DNA of 64,000 bases from Mytilus trossulus (GCF_036588685.1 NC_086376.1:64356001-64420000); one strand, 5' to 3'. Positions 1 to 13,275 are shown, numbered from the stretch's first letter. Notes: generated from the letters alone by a model not told the origin. A program made the numbers and translations.

Positions 1-508
1 CGTGGAATCAACTTGTGATCGCTTTTATAAATGTTATTTGCTGAAAGTTCAGTGGAAAGTATTTGCTACCTATTGCCATGACGAAAACAAATTAAAAAGA
101 ATATATATGTTATATTGGCGATGTTCTTTACTGTTTTACATATGATAGGATAATCCCTTACTCCTCTATGACACAATCTATGGTTCGGTAAAAATGTCTT
201 GCCAACTAGAATTTAAAAAAATAAAGGTTTCTTTAATTTGTATAGTTGTAGCGAAACTTAATCAATTTGTCAAAGGAACAAACATAGTGGTGAAATAGAA
301 AAGCAGTATAATAGTTAGCTTTCAAATGGCCGACATGACAAAATATAAAAATGTTTAAACAAGAAAACCAACGATCTGATTTATGTAAATCAATATTTCT
401 TTACATCTGTTTTGGTGTCACATGTTGCGTGTCTCAGTAAAATCACGTGACGCGTTAAAAAGTTTTGAATTATTCAGCGGAAAAAAGGAATCAATTTCAA
501 AACAGAAG

Positions 509-3479
509 ATGGAGGGACAGAGCTCTGTTGAGAAGAGGGTAATTGTTGTGGCAATGGATGGCAGTACTGAAGCAGAATCAGCATTGCTGTGTAAGTTATT
601 TTAATCACATGGAAGTTAAACATGATTATTTATAGATTAATTTTGTTTATAAATAGCATAACGATTTGTTTATTTGCCACGAAGATATAAAAAAGGTTAA
701 GTAAGTTCAATGTCACAAAGTTTACCTGTGCATACATACAGAATGGACACTGCATGTAAATTGTGGTGTAAAGATTACAAAAATGTGAAACTACAAATGT
801 ATTGTAAAAGTTTGGAAGAAATTGTTTATATCAGTGACAGTTATAAATATTAAAGATTTGCGTCAACTGCAAATTCCATATAACATATACTTATATTTAT
901 ATGCATATGCATGCAACTGTTATAACTCATCGTTTTTGATGCGTTTTGTTATTTGATTCTGCCATGTATTATGGACTTTCCTAATTGGTTTTCCTCTGAG
1001 TTCAGTATTTTTGTGATTTTACTTTTCACATACACACACCATCGTCTTTTTAGAAATAAAAATTAATAAATAAAGAGACAATCACTAAAGCCACACACAA
1101 TAAAAATATATTTAGAGAGTACGTATACAGTAGACTGAATATATATGAAAATTACATAGAAAGGAAATAAATAATTCATCTCGAAACAAGAGTCGGAAGA
1201 TACTTTTACATTGAATAATCAAACATATTTTAATTCAGCTTTAAACGAGCGGAGGTTAATTTAATTAATGCTCGTACTGTTGTAATACAAACTTCGCTCG
1301 CCAATCGTTTTGTAGAATTGTATAATTTTTACAATAAAAATACGATTGATTAGCAATTGAGCTTGTTTTAAAAAGTCTGATAACAATTATTCCATTTTTC
1401 TATAATTAGGGTTCGCAAACAATATTTACAAGAAGGGAGACGAAGTTGTAGTTGTTCATTGTTTACACCACACAGCTCATTATACCATGGGATGTAAGTA
1501 TATTCATCATGATGCGATAAATTCATTCTATCTATATTTTACGATTTTTGTCTTTGATCTTGCTGACTGATAATTTCATTTTTCAGCGGAGTCGAGTGAT
1601 ATTTAAATAATAGCTAGAAATTAAGTGAACAATCGTGTTGTCAATGAAATTAACAACGTCTTCTTAGGTAAAATAGCGATAAACAGATTATCATTGGTCA
1701 TCTCAACTCGATTGCCTTTCTCACTTTCGCCCAACCGGCTCAAGCGAGAAAATCAATCTCTTTGAGATAACCAACGATAATCTTTAAGTATGTTACTAAG
1801 TTCATAACAATTCTGTAGAATCAATAAGTCGCATGAAATGGTGGAAAAGCATGACACATAGTAGCTTTTTGAATATGTGTTGATTAAACTTTTTATAGTT
1901 AACAGTTAATTCACCTTTATTTTTTCAAATTGTCTCTAAATTTACTATAGAATGAGGAATATTTATGAAAAAAATGATACTAAACGCGATTTAATTATAA
2001 AACATAGTGCTAAGTCTTGTTGTCTTGCATTGAATTTCAGTTACTTTAAATAATCTTCATTTCTCTCTTATGTGTTTAATGCTAAAGCATAATCTATAAG
2101 CTTTAATTTCATAATTTGACACTAGAACGCTTAATTATTGGTAAACACCCTTCTACATTGCCACACCATTTTTTGTGATAAATTTCCTACGGAGAAAGAA
2201 AAAGTATTCAAAAGACCGATTTCCGTTTCTTATTTTAATAGTATAATTGTTGAAAAATTTCAAGTAATTCTTTTAGCAAATTTTCGATTTATTCTTATGT
2301 TGTAGCAGTTTGGGCCCCTGTTGACGCACAGGCTGTTGCAAGGGCGTTTGAAGAAGAAAGTAAACATGCAACAAAAGTGTGTAGCCAGCTTACAGATTTA
2401 CTACATAAATATGAGGCAAGTAGTAGAAGGAATGTTTTACATCTCTTTAGTTAAACAATAGTGTACCAAGTATTGTAAATTAGGTCCTTTTGAAGGCTTT
2501 GAAGTATCAGCAGATGGATATTTGAAGGGAAAGAAACGGATATATATTAAAGCAAGTAACGCGATTGTGATCTATTCTTTTTGGAGACGTGTGCTGTCGT
2601 TGAAACATTCTCTCTTTGATAATGCAATGCTTTAACATAGACAATTTTGAGGTTTTTTACTGCTATGTAATAGAATACCAAAGTAATTTTCATAAGTAAA
2701 AATTGTGGCAAATGAATATTTTTTTTAGCCTGAATCAATAAGGATCATATTCGCTAGCCAAGGGTTATGATCCGACATCCTTACTGGTTTATGGAAAGGC
2801 GGGATCGCATGGTAACCATTGGCTTGAAAGGATTTTCCTTTAAATTAATTTTAATAAAATAGTAATAAAAAGATTTTTTTCTTTGTTTTTTTTTTTTCCA
2901 GTCGTGTTTTTTTCTTCTAAAAATACCTCTTTGTTTCTTCTAAAAATCACTTGGCTGCTGTATTATGTTTCACTGACGTATATTGCTTCTCTTATTTTTA
3001 TATCATTGTTTTTAGGCTATATAAATTCAATTCGAATGTAATCAGCAAAACAAGTAATACCAAGCAATTTGGAAATTCTCAACCTCGATGTGCATGATAT
3101 AGATATAGGAAGATGTGGTGTGAGTGCCAATGAGACAATTAACTCTCCATCCAAATATACATGTAACACATTATACACAACACGATTTAATATCATTACA
3201 TGTATATTCGTTAAATGTTCAATGCATTTATTAATGGCTGTGAACACCAAACATTTACGTTTAGCTTTGACCTTTACGTATTTTCAGATTGTCGGTAAAG
3301 TCATGCAACTTCAAGGGGACCCTGGACATCAAATAGTTACAACAGCAGAGGAGTGCCGAGCATCATTTATTGTCGTAGGGTGTCGGGGGATAGGAGTTAT
3401 CAGGCGGACAGTTTTAGGAAGTGTCAGTGACTATATTGTACATCATTCCAATATTCCCGTTCTTGTGTATCGTCATTAG
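509..3479 (+). CDS. Universal stress protein A-like (USP) gene 1, 4 exons, 155 aa
   Basis: Exons 509-590, 1410-1493, 2306-2415, 3288-3479 join in frame: MEGQSSVEKRVIVVAMDGSTEAESALLWFANNIYKKGDEVVVVHCLHH...GDPGHQIV...GCRGIGVIRRTVLGSVSDYIVHHSNIPVLVYRH*. It has the USP beta1 (VVAMDGS) and the G-2x-G-9x-GS ATP-binding motif. Intron 3 starts GCAAGT. AATAAA at 3496-3501. Confidence 0.95.
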
Positions 3480-3577
3480 ATTTATCTGTATTTTCAATAA
3501 ATGTCCATTGATACACGTATGCCAGTGTGTGTTATCTTGTCATAAAGTAATAAAATTATAATTGACACAATATCTAT

Positions 3578-3790
3578 AAAAGAGGGTTGAAAGATATCAG
3601 AGGGATAGTCAAACTCATAAATCGAAAATAAACTGACAACGTCATGGCTAAAAATGAAAAAGGCAAACAGACAAACAATAGTACATATGACACAACAAAT
3701 AAAACTAAAGAATAAACAACACGAACCTCACCAAAAACTAAGGGGGATCTCATGTGCTTTGGATTGGTAACCAGATCCTGCTCCTTAATG
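3578..3790 (-). mobile_element. 3' terminal fragment of Penelope-like element family
   Basis: Matches the terminal sequence of the RT-bearing copy at 61429-61640. Further copies at about 4885-5060, 30630-30740, 46440-46630 and 50178-50347. Confidence 0.7.
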
Positions 3791-5232
3791 TTTCCAAATA
3801 ATTTAAACACATGCAACTAAATATTACTGATATGAAACGATGGACATCCACGGTCCTAATGTTGGCAGCGTATTGATTGATATTTTAGACTTATAACTTT
3901 GAACTCGTTTTCATTAAATGACCAACATGTATAAAGGTGGAACATTGCTGTAAAATGTTAGTGTTTTAACTATTCTTTAAAACCGCCAAATATAGAGAAA
4001 ATTTGAAGATCAGAATGTTGATAAGTTCTGCTTATGTTTACTTCAAAATTGTCAGACAACTATAAAAAAAATAATCAACAAGTCAAGATCTTTGAACAAG
4101 GAAGTCAATGTGACAGTATCGTCAGCCGACTCCTTTTTAGGTATCATTGCCCTTAAATGAGGGAACTCTAAAAAAGCAAATACAATCAGAATAGATGAAA
4201 TTGTAATTTTAAAAGTTGTCTCCTTAAAGGATCATTTTCCTTGGTCAAACAAACTGAAGAAGATGCAGAGAAAGCGTTACAAACACTGATCAGCAATATA
4301 AGATCGACATGAAATACAGGATTTGTGTCATGATATATATTCTAGTCATCAATGTTAGAGGGAGTCCTTGTGTCCATTGTACATAGGCCTCCAGGTGGGT
4401 CACCACTATCTAAGGGGATGGATACCCGTTACCATGTTTCACCACGCTACATATTCTGTATGTGCCTGTCACAAGCCAGGATCCTGTAATTCAATAGTTG
4501 TCGATTGTTGCTGAATATTATATTTGTTTCTATAGTTTTTGTACACTAATGAAGCCGTAACGTTAGTTTCCTTGTCGAAATTGTTTTACATTTTTGTTTT
4601 CGGGCTTTTTATTGCTTGCTTTGCGGTATGGGTTATGCATGCACATTGTTGAAGCCGTTTAGGATATAGAATAGTGGCAATTTATGTTTTTTTTCTTATA
4701 CAACATTAAATCCCATATGATTTTTTTACACTAGTCATTTTGGGGCCCTTTATAGCTTTCTGGTCTGTGTTAACTGAGGCTCCGTGTTGGAAGGGCGTAT
4801 TTTAATTATTATTATTTAGTATTTACCTTTTAAATTTTTTTAATTAGTTAGAAGTTGTTCCATTGGCACATTTTCTTGTTTCTTTTGACAACGCCATAGC
4901 AAAAAGGGAAAAGACGAAAAAGGAAAAACAAAAGTATACAAAACACAACATAGTAAACTAATTTAAAGGACTGAGCAACAAGAACCCCGTTAAAAACTTG
5001 GGTGCTCTCAGGTGTCCTGGAAGGTAAGCAAATACTGCCCTACGCGCGGCACCGTCATGTTCTAATAATAAACTGTAGTGTTTAGATAATCTAACTTGTC
5101 CTTGAAAATCAAGTTAACATCAAGCAAATTTCAAATTTAAACTACATGGATTACTATATGGTTTGAAAAAGCCGCGTTATAACTTGAATTACACGTGACC
5201 TATTGACAACGATCAACTGCAGGATACCAAAG

Positions 5233-8193
5233 ATGACTGAAGGAAATAGAGTGGTTGTAATATCGATGGATGGAAGTGCAGATGCCGATAAGGCTCTTGA
5301 TTGTAAGTGTTTTAGTTTTTCTTATTCCTTTATTTAACCAATACCCTAACAAACACGAGGTACAATATTTGTCGTTTATCACAAACATTTTATCGACTTC
5401 AGATAATAAAAACTTGTGGAGTGACTGGATGTTTATTCATAGTACAAAATGCTTTTGGTCAAGTATTGAAATGGATACACAATATTACAGAATTTGCAGG
5501 AAATAATCAGTTTTTAAATCGTATTGTGAATTCTTTAACCTGCAGCTTATTCTGGTCAACAAAACTTTAATTTGTATGCAGACCAATGTCAACAAAAAAA
5601 CATATAATCAGTTACCAGTATAAAGTTTTATCAACGAGATAAAACACTATTTATAATCCATAAATCACATCTCAATTCGGATATTGCATGGTATGAATTA
5701 AACACAGGTTCAAAATGGGTACCTGTACAAAATAAATTCCAAACTATACAGAGATTACACGTACATGTATATACATTGGGTTAGTTAAGTCCACTGATAG
5801 AAAACAGACATCTTTCTATGTTCAACCACAAGGACAAACCACAATACATATAAATGCATAGCAAAGATGATAAACCGTTCGCTGAGTTCTTTTTATAGAA
5901 AAGATAATCCTCCGATCAACAAATGATAAAGAATCCTTTAAATCAGTTGCTTTAAATAGTAGACAGTGAAAAGCAAGAATTACAGTAAACAAATGCTAAG
6001 TTGGTACACAAAGCAGCGATGAAAAATTGATAAAAATATCTTCTATACTATAGCGTTGGAAATAACATGAAAATGATTTGTACATAATATACACCCAGGC
6101 AATATTTGAATCTGTCATTAAAATTGCAGAGACGGAAATAATTTTATGAGAAGCATTACAGCACATTTCAGTCAGTATGTAGCTAATGGTAATATTTTTG
6201 GTTAGCTTGCTTGTTAGCTGAACCGTGAAGTCATTGTTAGGTAAGGTAAACTTCCCTCCTTTAATAGTAGACTAGCCCAACAGATACAAAATCTATCTCT
6301 CTATAGGACTAAGCTACTTTAAAAGGAGGGAAGTTTACCTTACCTATCAATGACTTCACGGTTCAGCTAACAAGCAAGCTAACCCAAGATATTACCATTA
6401 GCTACATACTGACTGAAATGTGCTGTTAACAACTACAAGCGCTTGGGGAAATGACCCTTCCCTTTCCATATACAATTTTTTATTTACAAATGCTGGCCTC
6501 CTCACGTTTAAAAAAAACACATTAGTTATTGTAAGATTGTATTAATTGCTCATTCTGCTTTTTTTACTATAAACTCCTGTCCTGCCTTTTTTCTAATTTC
6601 GTCCTAACCCCCTTTAAAATCAAATGGTTGCTCCCTAACGAAAAAAGGGGTGTAATTCCAATTAAGCAAATACATATGAAAGGAATGAGGGCACAAACTA
6701 TAAACAATAATCAGCAAATAATAAGTAAAAATGGATTACTAAAATACTTAAATGTGACACAATACAATGGTATTCTTTTTTTCCAGTCTACAGCACGAAT
6801 TTGTACAGAGAAAATGACGACATAGTGATATTGCATTGTGTTCATCACAGATCTGTTTATACTTATGAATGTAAGTATACATCAAGGAATGTTCTTACAA
6901 GGTCAAAATCTGTTAATTGTAAGTTGAAACACTTCGGATAAAAGTCGATGTACGAGTGTGAAGCATATTGACACATCCGGGTTTTTTTCGTACTTATTTA
7001 AAGTTGGGATGCAATTTTTATTACATTTGGTTACTAGTACCCAGGATACAACAACTTTTAAAAACAAAACGACTTTCAGACTTAAAAGTAATATATTATC
7101 TTGAAACAATTAACTAACGGTTTATTTGAATCGACAGGAAAAGACGTAAGACAATAAATATATTGTGTGAAAGTGTCATAAATTTGTCGCTTAGCTCTGT
7201 CAGCTAGTTACACGATCAGCATGTTTTTTAAAGGTTACAAAACTAAAGAAAAGTAAAATAAATGATGGATAAAAAGCAATGAGACAGGATTAAAGCTTGT
7301 ACTCCGGAGAAAATGGTCATGCTTCAGGGTTTTTTTTAAACTTTCTTTCTCTTTTTCATAGCAATATGGGCCCCCACAGATCCAGGAGCAATATCGATTG
7401 CATTTGAAGAAGAAAGTAGGAAAGGAAACGAAGTATGCAAAACAATCGAACAAAAGCTTAAAGACCACAACGTAAGTATTTGTGATTTTAAGTGTTACAG
7501 TTCAGAACCCAATTAGTACCACAATAAGCCAATGAAGGAAGGACCGAACATCTTAACACTAACCAATAATAACAAGACTCAAGCTGGCAGCCACTTTTAG
7601 CAGTCAATCAAGGTCAAATATAGAGCTGTGCGGCATATCAGTTTCAACATGTATATACCCCGAACTTCTAAGAGTTTAAACGTATACTAAAATTCTATGC
7701 TTCCATTACTTTCATTTTTGGACTTTTTGGATGCCGACGATATGTTATTACCAACGATGGTCGATTGGTATCAAAACAGGAAAGGTAGACAATTACGGAA
7801 CGAAATATGTTTCTGATATAGTTTTAACTTTCGATTTGTTTTTCAGACGCTATGCAGTATCAAATACATTTTCAATAAAAGCTTCTAAAGAACGAAGATG
7901 CCATAAGATCACTCGTCTTTTGTATAAGCATTATCTACTCTTTTTAAACATTTTGACTTTTTTATCAGTTTTATTATATTATAAATTTTATAATTTAGGT
8001 AACAGCCAGAGTAATTAAACTTGAAGGAGGGGATCCTGGTCATACTGTCGTTCACAAGGCTAACGACCTGAATGCCGCCATGATAATTATGGGGAGTCGT
8101 GGTTTAGGAACAATAAGACGCACTTTGCTTGGAAGTGTCAGTGATTATATAATTCATCATTCAAAATGTCCTGTCTTTGTTTGCCGCCATTGA
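5233..8193 (+). CDS. USP gene 2, 4 exons, 152 aa
   Basis: Exons 5233-5302, 6787-6870, 7362-7471, 7999-8193, all GT-AG, with the same phases and internal exon sizes (84, 110 nt) as gene 1. MTEGNRVVVISMDGSADADKALDFYSTNLYRENDDIVILHCVHH...GSRGLGTIRRTLLGSVSDYIIHHSKCPVFVCRH*. Confidence 0.95.
6159..6425. mobile_element. Fold-back MITE (PIF/Harbinger Tourist-like) in USP2 intron 1
   Basis: Near-perfect inverted arms of >100 bp (CAGCACATTTCAGTCAG...CTGACTGAAATGTGCTG), flanked by TTA on both sides (6156-6158, 6426-6428). Confidence 0.8.
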
Positions 8194-9109
8194 GAAACGC
8201 TCATAATATAACCACCGTACTATACACATCTTCTATGTACAACATGTATTATTTTTTACTTATACTAACGATATATACAATGTATAGTAACACGAATAAA
8301 AGAAGTTTTATAGCCTGAATTTTTTTCTTACTTTAGATAAACTAATACTATTTTTTAACAATTAAAATAAATAAAATTAAAAAAATAAACCAAACACAGA
8401 TTTCAGCGCTTCAAGCAGTATTGAATTAATGCCTTACAGATATTTCAATTTTACTGGCCAACGGGGTCGAGCCTACAAAGGCTATTCTAACAGAATAGAA
8501 ATGAGGAATGTGTCAAAGATAAAACAACTCGACCAAAAGTGCAGCAAACAGCCCAAGGCAACCAATGGATCTTCAATACAGCGAGAAGTTCCCACAACCG
8601 GAGGCGGGTTTCAGCTGTCCTTCAAACTAAATGTGTGCTAGTTCAGTGAAAATGGTGTCACACTCAACTCAGACACATTTAAATGATCATATATATAGTA
8701 TTTGCTATAGAATGGTAATTTTTCGTGCGTTCTGTAGCTGTTTTCTGTAAAAAAAAAAAAAATAGAATAATTTCAGTGGGAGACATTTGGAATTTGATGA
8801 GACTGTCGTAAAAGTGAGAGATTTAGCGCTATAAAACCAGGTTCAATCCACCATTTTCTACACAGGAATTGGTTAAAAAACAAACTTTACGACAAAAGAG
8901 ATGATTTCAGGTTCCCAATAGTGAAGCATTGGGAAGCTGAAATCATCACTTCGTTCATTTTACGGACGCCATCAGGAGTTGGTTGACCATTATGTAACAT
9001 CTGTTATATAAATGATATCGGATATGTTCCTTATGTCGTAACTACAATCTCGTTCCCTTTTCACGAATGTGACCTCCCGAATTATACTTTTTACCTTAAT
9101 TTGTGACAT

Positions 9110-9370
9110 GTTTACCTATTGTGTCTGTTTCTTTTGTTTATGCATCATTATCAATATTATTAAACTTGATGCGACTGTCGTACAAGTAACAAGTTTAGCG
9201 CTATAAAACCAGGTTCAATCAACCATTTTTCTGCATTTAAAAATTCCTTAATCAAGTCAGTTCAAGTTGTTCATTCGTTTGATGCGTTTTGTCATTTGAT
9301 TTTGTCATGTGATTAGGGACTTTCCGATTAAATTTTCCGCGGAGTTCAGTATTTTTGTGATTTTTCTTTT
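9110..9370 (+). repeat. Abundant SINE-like repeat with tRNA box B-like motif
   Basis: Contains TAGCGCTATAAAACCAGGTTCAATC (box B-like) and a tail GAGTTCAGTATTTTTGTGATTTT. Related copies in both orientations at about 920-1025, 9730-9990, 20565-20900, 23015-23310, 27080-27250, 36845-36985 and 48000-48220. Confidence 0.6.
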
Positions 9371-10297
9371 TCCTTATTTGTATAATGTATACAGGAAACA
9401 GTAAGTAGATAGATTACTCACTGTTTTAGAAGTATTGGATAACAATATAAGGGAGCAACCGTTTAACTTCAAAAAGGAAGATGCTTTTTTTTGTCTGAGT
9501 CAGAAATTTATTTTTCGCGCCAAACATGAACAGATTTTTTTCTTTTCGATGATCAAATTAATATGTTGTTTTGTTTTTTTTGAATTTGACACGATATGAT
9601 GAAAATCTGTCGTCTGCTTTACATCAATGTAGTTAATATCATTAGATTTAGAACCATATTTTTTTAGGAAAAAAACGTACCCCCACCCCGCTGAGATCAC
9701 CCCCAGTTTTTCGTGGGGTTCGTGTTGCTGTTGTACCCCTATCTGTAACATTTTTACCTATTGTGTTCACACAACATTGTTGATATAATGGAATTTGATG
9801 CGAGGTTTAGCGCTTTAAAACCAGGTTTGATACACCATTTTTTACATTTGGTAATGCCTGTACATTGTACCAAGTCAGAAATGTGACAGTTGTTGGCCAT
9901 TCGTTTGATGTGTTTGAGCTTTTGAGTTTGCCATATGACTTTCCGTTTTAAATTTTCCTCAGAGTTCAGCATTTTTTGTGATTTTACTTTTTTCTTTGAA
10001 GTTAATATTAAAAACCGTATTGCTATCTTAGATTGCTATAAAAGACTATTATATTTCATTAATCCCATATTTCGATGAAAAACGTGATTGTACAAAATGT
10101 AATTGCGGAGTAACATCCTTTTAAACCACAACTGCAAATCAATGCACAGTGTCTCTGGTTGTGTAATTTACTACAAGGACATCAATATTAAACTGCGCAG
10201 TATACATTCAGCTGTAGTGAGATCAATAGACAACATTTATTTTTAGACTGTCACACTTGACCTATCATAGTTTTACTTTATCGCGACTTTCGATACA

Positions 10298-13275
10298 ATG
10301 GCAGATGCATCAAAGGGACCAGCTAACAGGATTGCTGTTGTGGCTATGGACGGCAGTGAAGCATCGGAAGCAGCACTAGATTGTAAGTAAAACGCACGAA
10401 ATGTAAGTTAATCGCACGCAAAAATTATCATTTGTATACAATTGTTATCTTTTTGTGCGATATACGTGTACTTGTCATATCGGTGTTTAAACTAATGTGA
10501 ACGACCTCTCTATCATATTAATTTGTCATTTATAATGTGGAAAGCGACAAAATGCACCTTTGTACATAATACGTGAGATTTAACATGTTAAATCATAACA
10601 CCTCTATTCAGTGAAATTGTTTATGTTTAGAAAGTCATAATAAGCCCGAAATACATTAATGCAACGCTTCGAGGCAGTAACAATATAGGTTCAACATGTT
10701 CAAGGATTCGTGACTATAAATAATGTGTAATCTACGAATCATAGATAGAAGTCCTTTAAGTTATTTTGTTGATTGTATGCATTCAACCTCATTTGGGTAT
10801 AACTGTGTATTATTCAATAAACCTAATGTAAGACTTTTTTTCAAACAACTTTGAACATGACCTCTTAAAATTAGTTCGGCAAAAACGTTTTTTTAACATT
10901 TATGCAATCGAATTTTGTACGAAACTGTACCTTTGGTAAGAATACTAGCATCTGTATTTAAATTTAAAAAAATGTATTTAACATTTTCTTCGCTAGACAC
11001 ATGCGAATATTTGTATATTTCCAGCCTCCTCAGCATATAAATTAATAAGGTCTAAAAAGCGGTAAATTTCTAATTTTTGTTTATATTTCTAACAAAAAGG
11101 AATTCATGGTCAACATATATTACTTTTATCGTAATATTTCATCGATAAGAGCAAGAACACATATTTTAAGAAAAGTTCAACTAAAAAAATGAAAAACACC
11201 AAAATAAATTTATATATAAAAGAGGAAGGAACCATTCCTCGAGCGTCTGTGTGTTTGACCAGTTATACATGTAACTAGAAATCGCATTTAATCCACAAAT
11301 AGTAAGCCAGTTCATATATACAGTGTATGTGAAGCACTTGTTATCATCTTTCTACAGTTTTTGCGGCAGAATATATACAAAGAGTACGACGATGTATTGT
11401 GTTATCAATCACCTTTGAGCACAATATATGAATATGAGTTCAAAATAACTTTTTTGTGTGTTTTTTTTATTTTCAGTTTTTGTAAAGAATGTTTACCACG
11501 AAGGCTTCGATGTTGTACTTATGTATTGTGTTCACCACCGAGCACAGAACACATATGGATGTAAGTAACAATTTTGTTTCCTTTATTTATTTTCAGATTT
11601 TTCATAATGTGTGAAAGAGGATGTGGGATGAGTGCAAATGTGACAATTCTTTATTCGAGTCACAATTGGAAATATTAAGCAGTTGTGTGTCTAAGTACGG
11701 TCGCCGTGGTTCACACCGAGTATCAAGCTATAATGGATGAAGCTTTTATATGTATAAAAAATAAGATGTGGTATGATTGCCAATGAGACACCTCTCCACA
11801 AGAGTCCAAATGACACAGAAATTTACAACCACAGGTCATGTGTTATTTTATCTGTATCACTGCTAGCGAGGGTTTTGAGATGTTGCGGCTCTGTACTCAT
11901 ATGCATATTCTTTTTTTTTCAAACCACGTCTATTTGAAATGTATTTTGGTTTGTCTATAGTCATGGTAGTGGGCATATAAAACTGGATTATTTTGCATTT
12001 TGAACTGTATAACGAAAAGGACAAAATATCCTAAAAATAAGTGTGCGATTCCAATAGACCTATATATATTTATATGTGAATGTGTCAATTGCGTGTTATT
12101 TGCTATTTTTTATTGAATTGATATGCATATATTAACAGTTGATAAAGTAATAGATTTATACAATTTAGACAGATAAGGGATATTTATATCCAAACAAATA
12201 ATCTTTTGGTTTTACAGTGTGTCTAGACTGAATATATTATTGTCCTGCAAATTTTTGTATTCATATTTTGTATTTGTTAAATTCAACCCTGGTAAGTTCA
12301 CCAGTTCTGAATCAAATTCTAATTGATTATCGTTGCTCTAATAAATTGTAGCTGTCTGGATGCCTGTAGAACCACATTTGGTTGTGCATGCATACCACGA
12401 AGAGAGAAAGAAAGGAGAAGAGGTCTGTAAAAAACTGAAAGCCAAACTAGACACGTACAAGGTATGAATTGGTAGATGTCGTATCTGAAGAAGTTTGCGA
12501 ATTGTTTTTTTTTATTATTATTAATTTCATAAATAACATATCAGTCCCTTTTGAAATATTTGAGGACCGTTGTCATGTTTTGTGATAAAATTGAGAAAGG
12601 AAATGCAGAATTTGTCAAAGAGACAACAACCCGACCATAGAAAAAAACAACAGCAGAAGGTCACCAACAGGTCTTCAATGTAGCAAGAAATTCCCGCACC
12701 CGGAGGCGTCCTTCAGCTGGCCCCTGAACAAATATATTAGTTCAGTGATAATGAACGCCATACTAATTTCCAAATTGTAAGTATAGTTTTGCCTCCATTG
12801 AAATCATTTTCAATATTTTATTCATACGCCACAATTCCTGATTTTGTATGCGCCCTAACACTAGTCGTATTCGATTTGGCCTCCTTACCGTTTTGATTCG
12901 AGCGGACATGCAACTGATGAGTCTGGTGTACCTAATTACAAAATTTTTTAAAGTATTGTAAATATTCAATTTGAGAAATTGTATCTACACTGATCTAATT
13001 TGTTCAGACTACAATTTGTGTGGTCTAATTATAAAGAAAATACATATACAAATAATATATATGTTTTATTCGTTCTTTAGATTGGTGGACAAGTAATTCA
13101 ATTAGATGGTGGTGATCCAGGCCACACAATAGTTCAGAAATGTGAGGAATTAGGGGCCAGTGTAATTGTTGTTGGCAGCAGAGGTTTAGGGGCTATTAGA
13201 CGTACACTTATAGGAAGTGTTAGTGAATATATACTCCATCATTCAAACATTCCTGTGTTCATTTGTAAACATTGA
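10298..13275 (+). CDS. USP gene 3, 4 exons, 157 aa
   Basis: Exons 10298-10382, 11477-11560, 12352-12461, 13081-13275, all GT-AG. MADASKGPANRIAVVAMDGSEASEAALDFFVKNVYHEGFDVVLMYCVHH...GSRGLGAIRRTLIGSVSEYILHHSNIPVFICKH*. Confidence 0.95.
11358..11433 (+). pseudogene. Degenerate duplicate of USP exon 2 in intron 1 of USP gene 3
   Basis: An acceptor (TCTACAG) is followed by F-A-(fs)-QNIYKEYDD...MYCV-like sequence ending TATGAAT|ATGAGT. It is frameshifted (76 nt vs 84) and the donor GT is replaced by AT. Confidence 0.7.
12585..12780. repeat. Dispersed repeat (second SINE-like family)
   Basis: AAAATTGAGAAAGGAAATG...TGTCAAAGAGACAACAACCCGACC is shared with about 8495-8690 and, inverted, about 35740-35800. 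Confidence 0.55.

Noticed and set aside
422-508. Upstream in-frame ATG extension of USP1 in the ORF track
   Set aside because: Paralogs start only a few residues before the first beta strand. ATG 509 fits and the extension has no counterpart.
3069-3287. N-terminal part of the 136-aa ORF
   Set aside because: Intron read-through containing repeat sequence; the real exon starts at the acceptor before 3288.
8795-8855. tRNA-like sequence with GGTTCAATCC
   Set aside because: No complete cloverleaf; it is part of a multi-copy SINE-like repeat.
509-13275. Bacterial contamination or recent horizontal transfer of uspA
   Set aside because: Conserved spliceosomal introns and host repeats inside all three genes.
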